Below, one piece after another: positions 17,758 through 27,260 of a stretch of 64,000 bases of DNA (its first letter is position 1; each line of letters opens with the position of its first letter). A program made the translations under genes and the position numbers. The notes under the pieces were generated by a model. The model was not told the origin of the DNA and made no database searches. It was given only the letters and a program-made list of their open reading frames with translations. The stretch lies in IMG/VR virus record IMGVR_UViG_3300011113_000633. The stretch is one strand, 5' to 3'. Source of the DNA: an uncultured virus (IMG/VR IMGVR_UViG_3300011113_000633) (taxonomy: Duplodnaviria; Heunggongvirae; Uroviricota; Caudoviricetes).

Positions 17758-18768
17758 ATGGCTTTAATTCAACTTCGTCGCGGTTCTGCATCAGCATGGG
17801 CTTCTGAAAACCCAACCCTTGAAGAAGGTGAACTTGGTTTAGAGACTGATACTGGTAAAACTAAAGTTGGTAATGGAAGTACTGCTTGGAATAGTCTTAC
17901 ATATAACTATGTTACTTATGCACAAATTGACACTACTGGTGCAAGTAGTGGGCAAGCGCTTATACACAACGGTACAAAGTTTGTTCCTGGTGGCATTACA
18001 ACCACATTAGATACACTCACAGACGTTACTGCACCTACTCCGTCATCTGGAGACTTCCTTAAATGGAATGGTTCAGCATGGGTCAATGACACAATTGACT
18101 TGGGTGCAGACACAGCAGGAAGTTTTGTTGCAAGCCTTGTAGCAGGAACTGGTGTAACTCTTACTAATAATTCGGGTGAAGCCGCAACACCAACCGTTGC
18201 AGTAGATACTTCGGTTATTCAAGCACGAGTAGCAGATGTTTCCGATACAGAAATTGGATATCTAAACGGCGTAACTTCGGCAATTCAAACACAGATTGAT
18301 GCCAAGGCGCCACTTGCTTCTCCGACTTTTACGGGTACACCAACTCTTCCAACTGGAACTATTGCTACTACTCAAACTGCTGGGGATAACTCTACTAAAG
18401 TTGCTACTACTGCTTTTGTAAGCACAGCAGTAGCAAACCTTGTTGATTCTGCTCCTGCTACTTTAAACACTCTTGATGAGTTAGCCGCAGCCTTAGGAGA
18501 TGATGCAAACTTTGCTACCAGTGTTACAACTAGCCTTGGTCTTAAAGCCCCTCTTGCCTCTCCAACGTTCACTGGAACCGTAGTACTTCCTTCTACTACT
18601 TCTATTGGTAATGTTTCTAACACGGAAATTGGTTATCTAGATGGTGTTACTTCGTCAATTCAAACACAAATAAACAGTTTGATACTTAGTGAAAGTGCCG
18701 TAGATGGCGGAAATGCTTACACCATACAGTTTAATGTTTTAGGTGCAGTTGATGCAATGAGGGCTTAA
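17758..18768 (+). CDS. Fibre protein with Mtd-N/hyaluronidase-N-like domain
   Basis: IQLRRG.A..W..ENP.L.EGE.G.ETDTGK.K.G.G; KAPLASPTFTG repeats. Confidence 0.8.
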   Translation: MALIQLRRGSASAWASENPTLEEGELGLETDTGKTKVGNGSTAWNSLTYNYVTYAQIDTTGASSGQALIHNGTKFVPGGITTTLDTLTDVTAPTPSSGDFLKWNGSAWVNDTIDLGADTAGSFVASLVAGTGVTLTNNSGEAATPTVAVDTSVIQARVADVSDTEIGYLNGVTSAIQTQIDAKAPLASPTFTGTPTLPTGTIATTQTAGDNSTKVATTAFVSTAVANLVDSAPATLNTLDELAAALGDDANFATSVTTSLGLKAPLASPTFTGTVVLPSTTSIGNVSNTEIGYLDGVTSSIQTQINSLILSESAVDGGNAYTIQFNVLGAVDAMRA

Positions 18769-18812
18769 TCTATGTATACTTATATTAACAAACCACTATT
18801 AAAGGGTGTCTA

Positions 18813-20633
18813 ATGGCAGTTCAAATTCAATTTAGACGTGATACTGGGGCGAACTGGGCTTCGGCTAATACAATTCTTGCCGCTGGTGAAATGGGCATTA
18901 ATACCACAACCAATCAATTTAAAATTGGTGATGGCACAACTGCATGGAACTCTTTATCATATGCTCCAATTAGTGGAACAGTGGCAAGCATTGATGATAT
19001 TACAGATGTAACTATTACATCTGCATCCAGTGGACAGTTCCTTAAATGGAACGGTTCGCTTTGGGTTAATGACGCAATAGACCTTGGCACAGACACAACG
19101 GGTTCATATGTTCAAAACCTTGTTGCAGGAACTGGTGTATCAGTAACTAACAACTCGGGTGAAGCCGCGACGCCAACTATTGCAGTAGATACAACAGTTA
19201 TTGCACCACTTGCGTCACCAACTTTCACTGGCACCGTTTCTGGTGTAACGAAAACAATGGTTGGTTTAGGCAATGTTGATAATACTTCAGATGCCAACAA
19301 ACCCGTTTCCACTGCCCAACAAACTGCTCTTGACCTTAAGGCGCCACTTGCTTCCCCGACTTTTACTGGCACAGTAACTCTGCCAGACAACACAGTTGCT
19401 CTTGGAACAAAAACAACTGGCGATTATGTAGCCACAATTACTGGCGGTACTGGTGTTTCTTCAACAGCCGCAACTTCTGGCGAAGGCACAACGCATACAT
19501 TGTCAATTGGGCAGTCTGTTGCCACAAACGCAAATCCAACATTCGCTGGCGCAACACTTGATGCGGTACAAGTTGGTATTACTGCAGCAGGAGAAATTGA
19601 CACAACATCAGGTAATTTGACAATTGACTCAGCAGGCGGAACTGTAACAGTTGATGACAACTTAGTAGTAACTGGGAACTTGACCGTTTCTGGAAGCACA
19701 ACTTCGGTAAATACCGAAACTCTTACTGTTGACGACAACATCATTGTTCTCAATAACAACGTAACTGCCGCGCCAACAGAAAACGCAGGCATTGAAGTTG
19801 AACGTGGTTCGTCTACGAATGTTGTTCTTCGTTGGAACGAAACAACCGATGCTTGGGAGTTGACAAACGACGGAACTACTTATTCAGCGATTGCGACTGA
19901 ATCAACAGTTGCTACTGCAACGGCACTAACCATTGACAACCTTACAGACGTAACAATTACTTCTGCCGCCAACAAAGATTTCTTGATGTACAACGGTAGT
20001 GCTTGGGTTGACCAACCAATCACTTTGGGGACAGATACAACTGGCAACTATATGTCCGATGTGTCGGCTGGAACAGGTATTTCAGTTACCCATACCCCAG
20101 GTGAAGGTTCTACAGCAACTATCGCTGTAAGCAATGTAGTTGTTCAAACAACTGATACTGGAACTGTAACAAGCACGATGATTGCCGACGGAACAATAGT
20201 TAATGCTGACGTAAATGCATCAGCGGCAATTGCTCTTTCAAAACTTGCTTCTGGTACAAGTGCTCAAGTAATTGTTGCCGACTCAAGCGGTGTGCCGACA
20301 TACAGAACACTCTCTGGAGACGTGACTGTTTCCAATACTGGTGTTGTCAGTATCGCTGCAGATAGCGTTGCTCTTGGCACAGACACAACTGGTAACTATA
20401 TGGTTGGTGTATCGGCTGGAACAGGTATCTCGGTAACTCACACTCCAGGTGAAGGCTCAACAGCGACAATTGGACTTAACGCTGGCATTGATGCTTTAAA
20501 TGATGTAACAATTACATCTGCCGCAACCAATCAACTATTGCAATATAATGGTTCCGCTTGGGTTAATGCTACTGTTTCTACTACCCCAACTTGGGAAGAT
20601 GCAAACAATATTATTGCAGGTAGAGTATTCTAG
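18813..20633 (+). CDS. Fibre protein with Mtd-N-like domain and repeated modules
   Basis: IQFRRDT..W..AN.IL..GE.G; four LGT.TTG.Y repeats; GLGNVDNTSD.NKPVS. Confidence 0.8.
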   Translation: MAVQIQFRRDTGANWASANTILAAGEMGINTTTNQFKIGDGTTAWNSLSYAPISGTVASIDDITDVTITSASSGQFLKWNGSLWVNDAIDLGTDTTGSYVQNLVAGTGVSVTNNSGEAATPTIAVDTTVIAPLASPTFTGTVSGVTKTMVGLGNVDNTSDANKPVSTAQQTALDLKAPLASPTFTGTVTLPDNTVALGTKTTGDYVATITGGTGVSSTAATSGEGTTHTLSIGQSVATNANPTFAGATLDAVQVGITAAGEIDTTSGNLTIDSAGGTVTVDDNLVVTGNLTVSGSTTSVNTETLTVDDNIIVLNNNVTAAPTENAGIEVERGSSTNVVLRWNETTDAWELTNDGTTYSAIATESTVATATALTIDNLTDVTITSAANKDFLMYNGSAWVDQPITLGTDTTGNYMSDVSAGTGISVTHTPGEGSTATIAVSNVVVQTTDTGTVTSTMIADGTIVNADVNASAAIALSKLASGTSAQVIVADSSGVPTYRTLSGDVTVSNTGVVSIAADSVALGTDTTGNYMVGVSAGTGISVTHTPGEGSTATIGLNAGIDALNDVTITSAATNQLLQYNGSAWVNATVSTTPTWEDANNIIAGRVF

Positions 20634-20672
20634 TAAAAAACTGATATAATTAACGATTAGGAGATAATTACA

Positions 20673-21017
20673 ATGGCAACATTTAGCAAAGTTAAATTTT
20701 CAGAAAGCACTGATGGTCTTCCAGTAAAGGTTGTTGCAACTGCTACTGCTGGTACAACAATCCATACCGCTCATGCAACAGCATTGGATGAGATTTGGCT
20801 CTATGCCTATAATGGGCATACCGCTGATGTTGTACTAACTGTTGAATACGGCGGCGCTACTGTCCCTGACCAAAACATTATTTTGACAGTTTCTTCAAAA
20901 TCAGGTCTCGCACTTGTTGTGCCAGGTTTAATTTTGACAAATAGCAAAGTACTTAAAGCATTTGCTGCAACAGCAAACGTAATAACCTTGTCTGGATACG
21001 TTAACAGGATTGCGTAA
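20673..21017 (+). CDS. Virion/fibre-associated protein
   Basis: AGGAG RBS; DEIWLYA.N...GYVNRI beta-sandwich pattern. Confidence 0.7.
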   Translation: MATFSKVKFSESTDGLPVKVVATATAGTTIHTAHATALDEIWLYAYNGHTADVVLTVEYGGATVPDQNIILTVSSKSGLALVVPGLILTNSKVLKAFAATANVITLSGYVNRIA

Positions 21018-21042
21018 TCAATTTTTAGGTTTTGGAGTTTAA

Positions 21043-21897
21043 ATGAGCGCTAAATCTTTAAAACTAAATCCAAATGTTCGTGTGTCTTCACGAATTGACT
21101 TTTCTGAAAAAAGCCACACAAAATATGGGGATAATTTTGTTGGCGATTTCATAGCCACATCGGGGTTTGCTGGTCCAGTAATTGCCAATGGTGGGACTAT
21201 CACTACTTATACTGTTGGTGGTGTAACCTATAAATCAAGAACTTTTACTGGAAGTGGAACTTTTGAGGTCACACGAGGCGGAAAAATTGGCTATCTAGTA
21301 GTTGCTGGTGGTGGTTATTTTAATTATAATGCCGCATATACAGGAACTCCAGGTGCTGGTGGAATGCTTAATTCCGATAATCAATCTTTTGGTACTTACG
21401 GTAAAGAAATACCAAAAAGTTCTGCCAAATACACGGTAGTAGTAGGCGGAGGAGGAAGCCCTTCTCAATTAGGGTCTTCAAATCAGTCGTTGTATTTGTA
21501 CTCTTATGCTGGCGGTAACGGTGGTTATGGTCCTGGGTCACCTGGTGGGTCAGGTGGCGGTGGCTCATCTGCGGGCGAGCCATTCAACGGACCTTGCAAT
21601 GGCGGTGGCGGTGGCACAGGTGGTCAAGGGCATCCTGGAGGTGGCGGTCATTGTCATAATCAGTGTGGCTATGCGCCTCACGGAGGCGGTGGTGGTGCTG
21701 GCGGTAGCGGTGGTAATGGGTATGCTGGAAGCGCACGTTCAAGCAGTGTTTATGATGGGACAAGCCGCTCTTATGCTGGCGGAGGCGCATCACCTGGCGA
21801 TGGTGGACCTTGTTATCCAGGTTTTGGTGGCGGTGGCGGAGAATACGGCTATGGCAATGGTGGTCCTGGAATTGTTGTAGTCGCACACAGGGGCTGA
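21043..21897 (+). CDS. Glycine-rich domain protein (fibre tip/adhesin-like)
   Basis: YLVVAGGG...GGGGGAGG...YAGGG...GGPGIVVV. Confidence 0.8.
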   Translation: MSAKSLKLNPNVRVSSRIDFSEKSHTKYGDNFVGDFIATSGFAGPVIANGGTITTYTVGGVTYKSRTFTGSGTFEVTRGGKIGYLVVAGGGYFNYNAAYTGTPGAGGMLNSDNQSFGTYGKEIPKSSAKYTVVVGGGGSPSQLGSSNQSLYLYSYAGGNGGYGPGSPGGSGGGGSSAGEPFNGPCNGGGGGTGGQGHPGGGGHCHNQCGYAPHGGGGGAGGSGGNGYAGSARSSSVYDGTSRSYAGGGASPGDGGPCYPGFGGGGGEYGYGNGGPGIVVVAHRG

Positions 21898-21899
21898 TT

Positions 21900-22400
21900 A
21901 TGGGTTTAGGAGATTATATTTTTATGCCATACGAGGTCTTGGAAGAAGCAAAAGTAAACGTAAAGTTTTTTTCAATTATTGGTGACGACAACATTGTTAC
22001 AGCAGTTCATACTCTAAGCAATAATGATTGCTTAGACGAAAACGGTAACCACAGTGAAGCGGTTGGAATTTCCTTTTTAAGGAAACTATTAAAAATTGAT
22101 GAAACAACTAAAATTGTAGAAACATGGTATTACCGCCAAAACAGAAACCATTTTGGCACTATTGGAACTACTTACAACAGCGCTAAAGATATTTTTATTG
22201 AACCACAACCTCATTCAAGTTACGTTTTAAATAGCGAAAATCAATGGGAACCAAAGTTCGCAAAACCAACCGACGGTAGAGACTATTATTGGAATATAAA
22301 CACTGAGAGTTGGATTGTAAAACTCCCAGAAGCAACTTACACTTTAGGAGAAGATGGGATAGTTCTTGATGAGGATGGCAACCCATTAGAAATTGATTAA
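21900..22400 (+). CDS. Conserved partner of Gly-rich protein
   Basis: IG.TY....DIFI.PQP..S..L...WEP...P.DG..Y.WN pattern; start set at ATG 21900. Confidence 0.7.
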   Translation: MGLGDYIFMPYEVLEEAKVNVKFFSIIGDDNIVTAVHTLSNNDCLDENGNHSEAVGISFLRKLLKIDETTKIVETWYYRQNRNHFGTIGTTYNSAKDIFIEPQPHSSYVLNSENQWEPKFAKPTDGRDYYWNINTESWIVKLPEATYTLGEDGIVLDEDGNPLEID

Positions 22401-22420
22401 CATACAGATACAATGTCTCT

Positions 22421-22606
22421 GTGGATGATTTTGAAGAACGCAAAAAAAGAGCACAACAACGCAAAAAAGAAAGATTAGACATCTGCTCTAAATGTGAACA
22501 TTTAATTGAAAGTACTTATACTTGTATATTGTGTGGATGTGCAATGAGGGTAAAAACAGGGTTTAAAGCATCTACTTGCCCCATAGATAAGTGGAAAGCA
22601 GTTTAA
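22421..22606 (+). CDS. Small Cys-rich protein (DUF6171-like)
   Basis: RL.IC..C...C..CGC.M..K....CP..KW. Confidence 0.75.
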   Translation: MDDFEERKKRAQQRKKERLDICSKCEHLIESTYTCILCGCAMRVKTGFKASTCPIDKWKAV

Positions 22607-23230
22607 ATGCTTAGTAACAATTTGAGCGAAGACTATGGTTGTTTTTACCCATGGGCATATTGTGATGATGTTTTTTCTGAAAAAGAACTTGACATTTTAA
22701 ACTCTTTAAAATATCAAAACAATTTAACCGATTCTGTTGTTGTTAGTACGTCCAAAGAAAATGGTATAAGTTCAGAGGTATCTGATTATAGAAACTCTAA
22801 ATCTTCTTTTATTTTCCCAACAGAGGAAACTTTTTGGATTTTTGAAAAATTAAATAACGTAATTTTAAGTATTAATAATAAGATGTTTAAGTACGATTTA
22901 TTTGGTTTTGATAAAATTCAATACACTAAATATTCTGTAAATGGTTATTATAAAAAACACAGTGATTATATTTATGGACAAGTTGTAAAACCTAATGAAA
23001 CACCATATGTTCCAATGGTTAGAAAATTGTCTTTAACTTTGTTTTTAAACGAGGATTATGAAGGAGGAGATTTTGTTCTCCATTATGACGGAAGAAGTGA
23101 AGTTTGTGTAGAGAAGAAAAAAGGAAGGGTCATATTTTTCCCATCAGACATAATCCATGAAGTAACTGAAGTAACTTCAGGTGAACGTAGAAGCATAGTG
23201 GTTTGGGTAATGGGTCCTCCATGGAAATAG
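22607..23230 (+). CDS. 2OG-Fe(II) oxygenase (prolyl-hydroxylase/PKHD-like)
   Basis: Y..HSD, RKLS, YEGGD, FPS..HEV..V..GERRS.V.W. Confidence 0.9.
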   Translation: MLSNNLSEDYGCFYPWAYCDDVFSEKELDILNSLKYQNNLTDSVVVSTSKENGISSEVSDYRNSKSSFIFPTEETFWIFEKLNNVILSINNKMFKYDLFGFDKIQYTKYSVNGYYKKHSDYIYGQVVKPNETPYVPMVRKLSLTLFLNEDYEGGDFVLHYDGRSEVCVEKKKGRVIFFPSDIIHEVTEVTSGERRSIVVWVMGPPWK

Positions 23231-23778
23231 TTTCAATAAAAAATATACTGCTTCCCACGCAGTACCAAAATCTATGCGAATTTATAAACAGTAGTAATTT
23301 TAGTTGGCATTATAAAAAACATGTGCACTATGTACAAGATGAAAACACCGCACAAACATCGGATAGCCATGGATTAATAACCATGTTTTATAATGAAAAC
23401 AAAGTTCTTCACCCTGATTACGACAAAGTGGTTCCAGTACTCTTTAATCTAGTTGATATTTTAAATAAAAAATTAAAACAATTACACAGAATACATGGTT
23501 GTCTAACAATCAATATCAACAAAGACCACTGTTATTACCCCCATACAGATTACGAACCAACAAAAATGAACAAAAATTGGTATACCGCAGTCTATTATTT
23601 AGGAGATTCAGATGGTGATACCGTGTTTTTTGAAGATGATGAAAAAACAATAAAACATATACAACCTTTTGAAAGCAATTCTGCAGTTGTTTTTAACGGA
23701 ACCATAAAACATAGTGGCTCTTTGCCAAGAAGCCACAGTAATAGAGTTATACTAAACTACAATTTTGAAATGGAATAG
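23221..23778 (+). CDS. 2OG-Fe(II) oxygenase
   Basis: PHTD, VYY..DSDGDT.F, KHSG, NRVILNYN. Confidence 0.85.
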   Translation: MEIVSIKNILLPTQYQNLCEFINSSNFSWHYKKHVHYVQDENTAQTSDSHGLITMFYNENKVLHPDYDKVVPVLFNLVDILNKKLKQLHRIHGCLTININKDHCYYPHTDYEPTKMNKNWYTAVYYLGDSDGDTVFFEDDEKTIKHIQPFESNSAVVFNGTIKHSGSLPRSHSNRVILNYNFEME

Positions 23779-23779
23779 T

Positions 23780-25399
23780 GTGAAAACAACAAAAATTAAT
23801 AAAATAGTCATAGTTGGGGGTGGCTCGGCTGGTTGGATGAGTGCTTCTTTCTTGATAAAGGCTTTTCCAAATAAAGAAATTGTGTTAGTGGAAAGCCCTG
23901 ATTATCCAATTGTGGGTGTGGGCGAAAGCACTCTTGGTGGTATTAAAGCATATTGTGCATTTTTGGACATAGATGAAAACGATTTTTTAAAACACACAGA
24001 CGGTTCGCTAAAAATGAGTATAAAGTTTACTGATTTTTATCAAAAAAATAGCGGTTCTTTTCATTACCCATTTGGACGTCCAAATGTGGATGGTACTTTT
24101 GATGGATTACGTGATTGGCTATTTTTAAAAAGCATGCATGGAGATGATGTGCCTGTTCAAGATTTTGCTCGTAGTTACTTCCCAGCATCTGCATTATTTG
24201 AACAAAACAAATTTTCGGAAAACGAATACAAACAATTTGATAATTACAACCCAGTAACCGATGTTGCCTATCATTTTGACGCAACCAAATTTGGTCAATG
24301 GTTGAAAAACAATTACAGCATTCCGCGGGGTGTGAAACACTTATTAAACACCGTAACTGATGTTGTCGTTGATGAGTCTGGTGTTAAGTGTTTAGTTTTA
24401 GATTCTGGAGAAGAAGTTACTGCTGACCTTTTTGTAGACTCCACTGGTTGGAAAAGCATGTTGTTAGGAAAAGCACTTCAAGTTCCTTTTAATCCATACT
24501 CTGATATGTTGCCAAACAATAAGGCTTGGGCAACAAGAGTGCCATATATAGACAAAGAAAAAGAACTTGAACCATTTACTAATTGCACAGCACTTGGTAA
24601 TGGTTGGGCTTGGAATATCCCGCTTTGGTCAAGACTTGGAACTGGTTATGTTTTTAGCGATAAATTTACAACAAATGAGGAAGCCTTAGAAGAGTATAAA
24701 AATTATTTATGTTCTGACAAAATGATAATTCCAAGAAAACGAGAACAGGTAGATAACTTTGAATACAAACTCATTGATATGCGTGTTGGAATTCATGAAA
24801 AAATATGGGAAAAAAACGTTGTTGCAATTGGTTTATCGGCTGGTTTTATTGAACCATTAGAGAGTAATGGGCTGTACACGGTTCATGAATTTTTGTTTTG
24901 CTTGGTTAAGGCTATGACTAGAGAGGTCACATCTCAAATAGACATAGATTACTTTAATTTTGCTTGCATCAATCTTTATAAGGGTTTTGCAGAATTTGTT
25001 TCCCAACATTACTTACTAAGCATCCGAGATGATACCGATTATTGGAAAGATGCAACTAACAAATCTAATTTAAACTTTTTGCAAAAGTTTGATGGCAATT
25101 CAACGAGCAACTACAATTTTTTGTTTAATGCAAAATACGACAATACAGTTTTAAACAATCTTTCTGGAATTAATTACATTTCTGTTGGCATGAATTATTT
25201 GACCACTGACCGAATTGATGTTTTCAAAGAAATTCACTATTTAGGACTGCCGATAAATGATTTAGAAAATATATATTTCCCTAGACTGACTGCAAAAAAA
25301 CATAAATGGGGGATGGCTGCTGCTTTTGCGCCTACTCTATATGAGTATCTTAAAAATAAAATATACACAGACGATGACGACGACACAGATAATGACTGA
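23780..25399 (+). CDS. Flavin-dependent halogenase (tryptophan halogenase/PrnA-like)
   Basis: GGGSAG, GVGEST, catalytic K in SLKMSIKF, GWAWNIP, FIEPLES; GTG start. Confidence 0.92.
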   Translation: MKTTKINKIVIVGGGSAGWMSASFLIKAFPNKEIVLVESPDYPIVGVGESTLGGIKAYCAFLDIDENDFLKHTDGSLKMSIKFTDFYQKNSGSFHYPFGRPNVDGTFDGLRDWLFLKSMHGDDVPVQDFARSYFPASALFEQNKFSENEYKQFDNYNPVTDVAYHFDATKFGQWLKNNYSIPRGVKHLLNTVTDVVVDESGVKCLVLDSGEEVTADLFVDSTGWKSMLLGKALQVPFNPYSDMLPNNKAWATRVPYIDKEKELEPFTNCTALGNGWAWNIPLWSRLGTGYVFSDKFTTNEEALEEYKNYLCSDKMIIPRKREQVDNFEYKLIDMRVGIHEKIWEKNVVAIGLSAGFIEPLESNGLYTVHEFLFCLVKAMTREVTSQIDIDYFNFACINLYKGFAEFVSQHYLLSIRDDTDYWKDATNKSNLNFLQKFDGNSTSNYNFLFNAKYDNTVLNNLSGINYISVGMNYLTTDRIDVFKEIHYLGLPINDLENIYFPRLTAKKHKWGMAAAFAPTLYEYLKNKIYTDDDDDTDND

Positions 25400-25574
25400 A
25401 TCAATAGTAAGGCAAAAAAATAGAATTGCATTAACCCAATATTGGGAAAGCAAAGGGGTCAGACTGCATCCCTTGGAAACAATTGATGACTATATTGTTG
25501 TCCCTGGGGATGAAACCGATTGGGAGTTCTACCTTCTAACTAGATGGTTTAAACAAAGGTTAAAACGTGTTTGA
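25392..25574 (+). CDS. Hypothetical protein
   Basis: 60-aa ORF overlapping both neighbours. Confidence 0.55.
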   Translation: MTESIVRQKNRIALTQYWESKGVRLHPLETIDDYIVVPGDETDWEFYLLTRWFKQRLKRV

Positions 25575-26064
25575 ACCCACAGAAATAATAGATAATTTTT
25601 TAGACTTGTCAACTTTTACTATTTTGCAAAATGTGTTTCTGAGTGCAGATATCCCGTGGTATTACAACAAGGGGATAAACAAGCCTTTAAATAGTGATGA
25701 CTTAAATGATTATCAATTCACCCACAAAATTTATGAGAACAACAGGGTTTATAGTGAGACTTTTGAACTGATGCAACCTATTTTGAAAGCCTTAGAAGTT
25801 AAGGCTTTGGTAAGAATTAAAGCAAATCTATCCCCAAAAACAGAAACACACCAAGTATATGGATTGCATAAAGACACGGACTTTGAGTGCACTACGGCAA
25901 TTATGTATTTAAATACAACCAACGGTTATACAATTTTTGAAGATGATGAAAAAGTTGATGGAATAGAAAATAGATTAATAAAATTTGGTTCTCAAGTAAA
26001 GCATAGTGGAGTGAGTTCTACCAACACTCAAATTCGTGTTGTTTTAAACTTAAATTATTTTTAA
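25567..26064 (+). CDS. 2OG-Fe(II) oxygenase
   Basis: LVRIKANL, LHKD, TAI.YLNT.NGYT.F, KHSG, RVVLNLN. Confidence 0.85.
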   Translation: MFEPTEIIDNFLDLSTFTILQNVFLSADIPWYYNKGINKPLNSDDLNDYQFTHKIYENNRVYSETFELMQPILKALEVKALVRIKANLSPKTETHQVYGLHKDTDFECTTAIMYLNTTNGYTIFEDDEKVDGIENRLIKFGSQVKHSGVSSTNTQIRVVLNLNYF

Positions 26065-26231
26065 TGAATACTGATTATATTTCTGAGCGCTTAGAAATTT
26101 GTAAAAATTGTCCTAGACTGTTTAAACCTACCTATACGTGCAGAGAATGTGGGTGTTTTATGCAAATTAAAGCCCGTATACCTAGTCAAAAATGTCCTCT
26201 TGGTAAATGGGATAAAGTTAACCAATTGTGA
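26064..26231 (+). CDS. Small Cys-rich protein (DUF6171-like), second copy
   Basis: Translated by hand: ERLEICKNC...TCRECGCFMQIKA...CPLGKW. Confidence 0.75.
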   Translation: MNTDYISERLEICKNCPRLFKPTYTCRECGCFMQIKARIPSQKCPLGKWDKVNQL

Positions 26232-26243
26232 GATAATAGTTAA

Positions 26244-26846
26244 ATGGCTGACCCAGGTAAATACAACCCTAGAAAACGTGGCATGCCTAAAGATAGGCCA
26301 TCTATTGCCGAACGTTTGGCTGAGTTTAATCGTCAGGCTGATGAACTAGCCCAAAAAAAAGAACGTGAAGTACAAACGTTAAGAATTACTGGTGGTGCCA
26401 AAGTTGATGAACGCGGCAACATTCTTGTTGAAGATGACAAACCAGTTCAAGAAATAGACACTGCTTTATTTAGCACGGTACGTGTTGCTCAAATTGCAAA
26501 CAAACCAGACAATCCAGATAACTATGGTCAAGGTCCTGCAGGCAGCACACGCATGTGTTCTCACAAATTTATTCTTGACCAACCCCTGTTTAGTTTGTAC
26601 GGAATGAAAATGGGTTACATTTTAGTCAGATTTCATAAAAATGGAAAACGAGGTCCAGATTGGGTTTACGGACCAGTCTCTATTGACGTGTATCAACAGT
26701 TTGCTGCAAGCAATTCAAAAGGCAAATTTATAAACACTACTTTAAATAGTTACGGTTACAGGCCAGCAAGTGAAACCCCATATGCTGACCAATTCAATGA
26801 TTTTGCACCAAACAGTGGAACGGACAGCGCTGGCATTAGACTGTAA
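26244..26846 (+). CDS. KTSC-domain protein
   Basis: C-terminal VRFH....W.Y..V...Y..F....SKGKFIN. Confidence 0.65.
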   Translation: MADPGKYNPRKRGMPKDRPSIAERLAEFNRQADELAQKKEREVQTLRITGGAKVDERGNILVEDDKPVQEIDTALFSTVRVAQIANKPDNPDNYGQGPAGSTRMCSHKFILDQPLFSLYGMKMGYILVRFHKNGKRGPDWVYGPVSIDVYQQFAASNSKGKFINTTLNSYGYRPASETPYADQFNDFAPNSGTDSAGIRL

Positions 26847-26849
26847 TCT

Positions 26850-27260
26850 ATGAAAAGATTACTTGGATATACGGCAATATGGCTTTTTATAATCTCATTG
26901 TTTTATAGCGTATACGCTATATTTACTAAACAAAATTTACTGATTATCTCTTTACCCCTTGTTTTGTTTTTAGGTGTTTACTTGTTTAAGGGAACTCTTA
27001 ACCTTGTGTTAGGACTTGGTTTTATTTATTGGGTTTTACGGGACACACATAGGGGTTTTTCTGTATCTCGTGGATTTATGAGAGAGACAAATCACCCTTG
27101 GAGAACTGGACGTGGTATTCAAATAGGTTTGGGTAAGTACGTATTTCAAATAGGTTTATGCAAACGCAATAATGTAATCAGCGAAATGCATGGTTTATTA
27201 AACGCATTAAAAGGCAGGGAACTTAAACATAAACCAAAGGAGATTAGAGAATGGCGTTAA
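26850..27260 (+). CDS. Membrane protein
   Basis: Hydrophobic N-terminal half, basic C-terminus. Confidence 0.65.
   Translation: MKRLLGYTAIWLFIISLFYSVYAIFTKQNLLIISLPLVLFLGVYLFKGTLNLVLGLGFIYWVLRDTHRGFSVSRGFMRETNHPWRTGRGIQIGLGKYVFQIGLCKRNNVISEMHGLLNALKGRELKHKPKEIREWR

Noticed and set aside
16696..19882. Diversity-generating retroelement suggested by Mtd-N domains and repeated blocks
   Set aside because: No reverse transcriptase in the window; both repeat copies are coding and differ mainly at synonymous sites, not specifically at adenines
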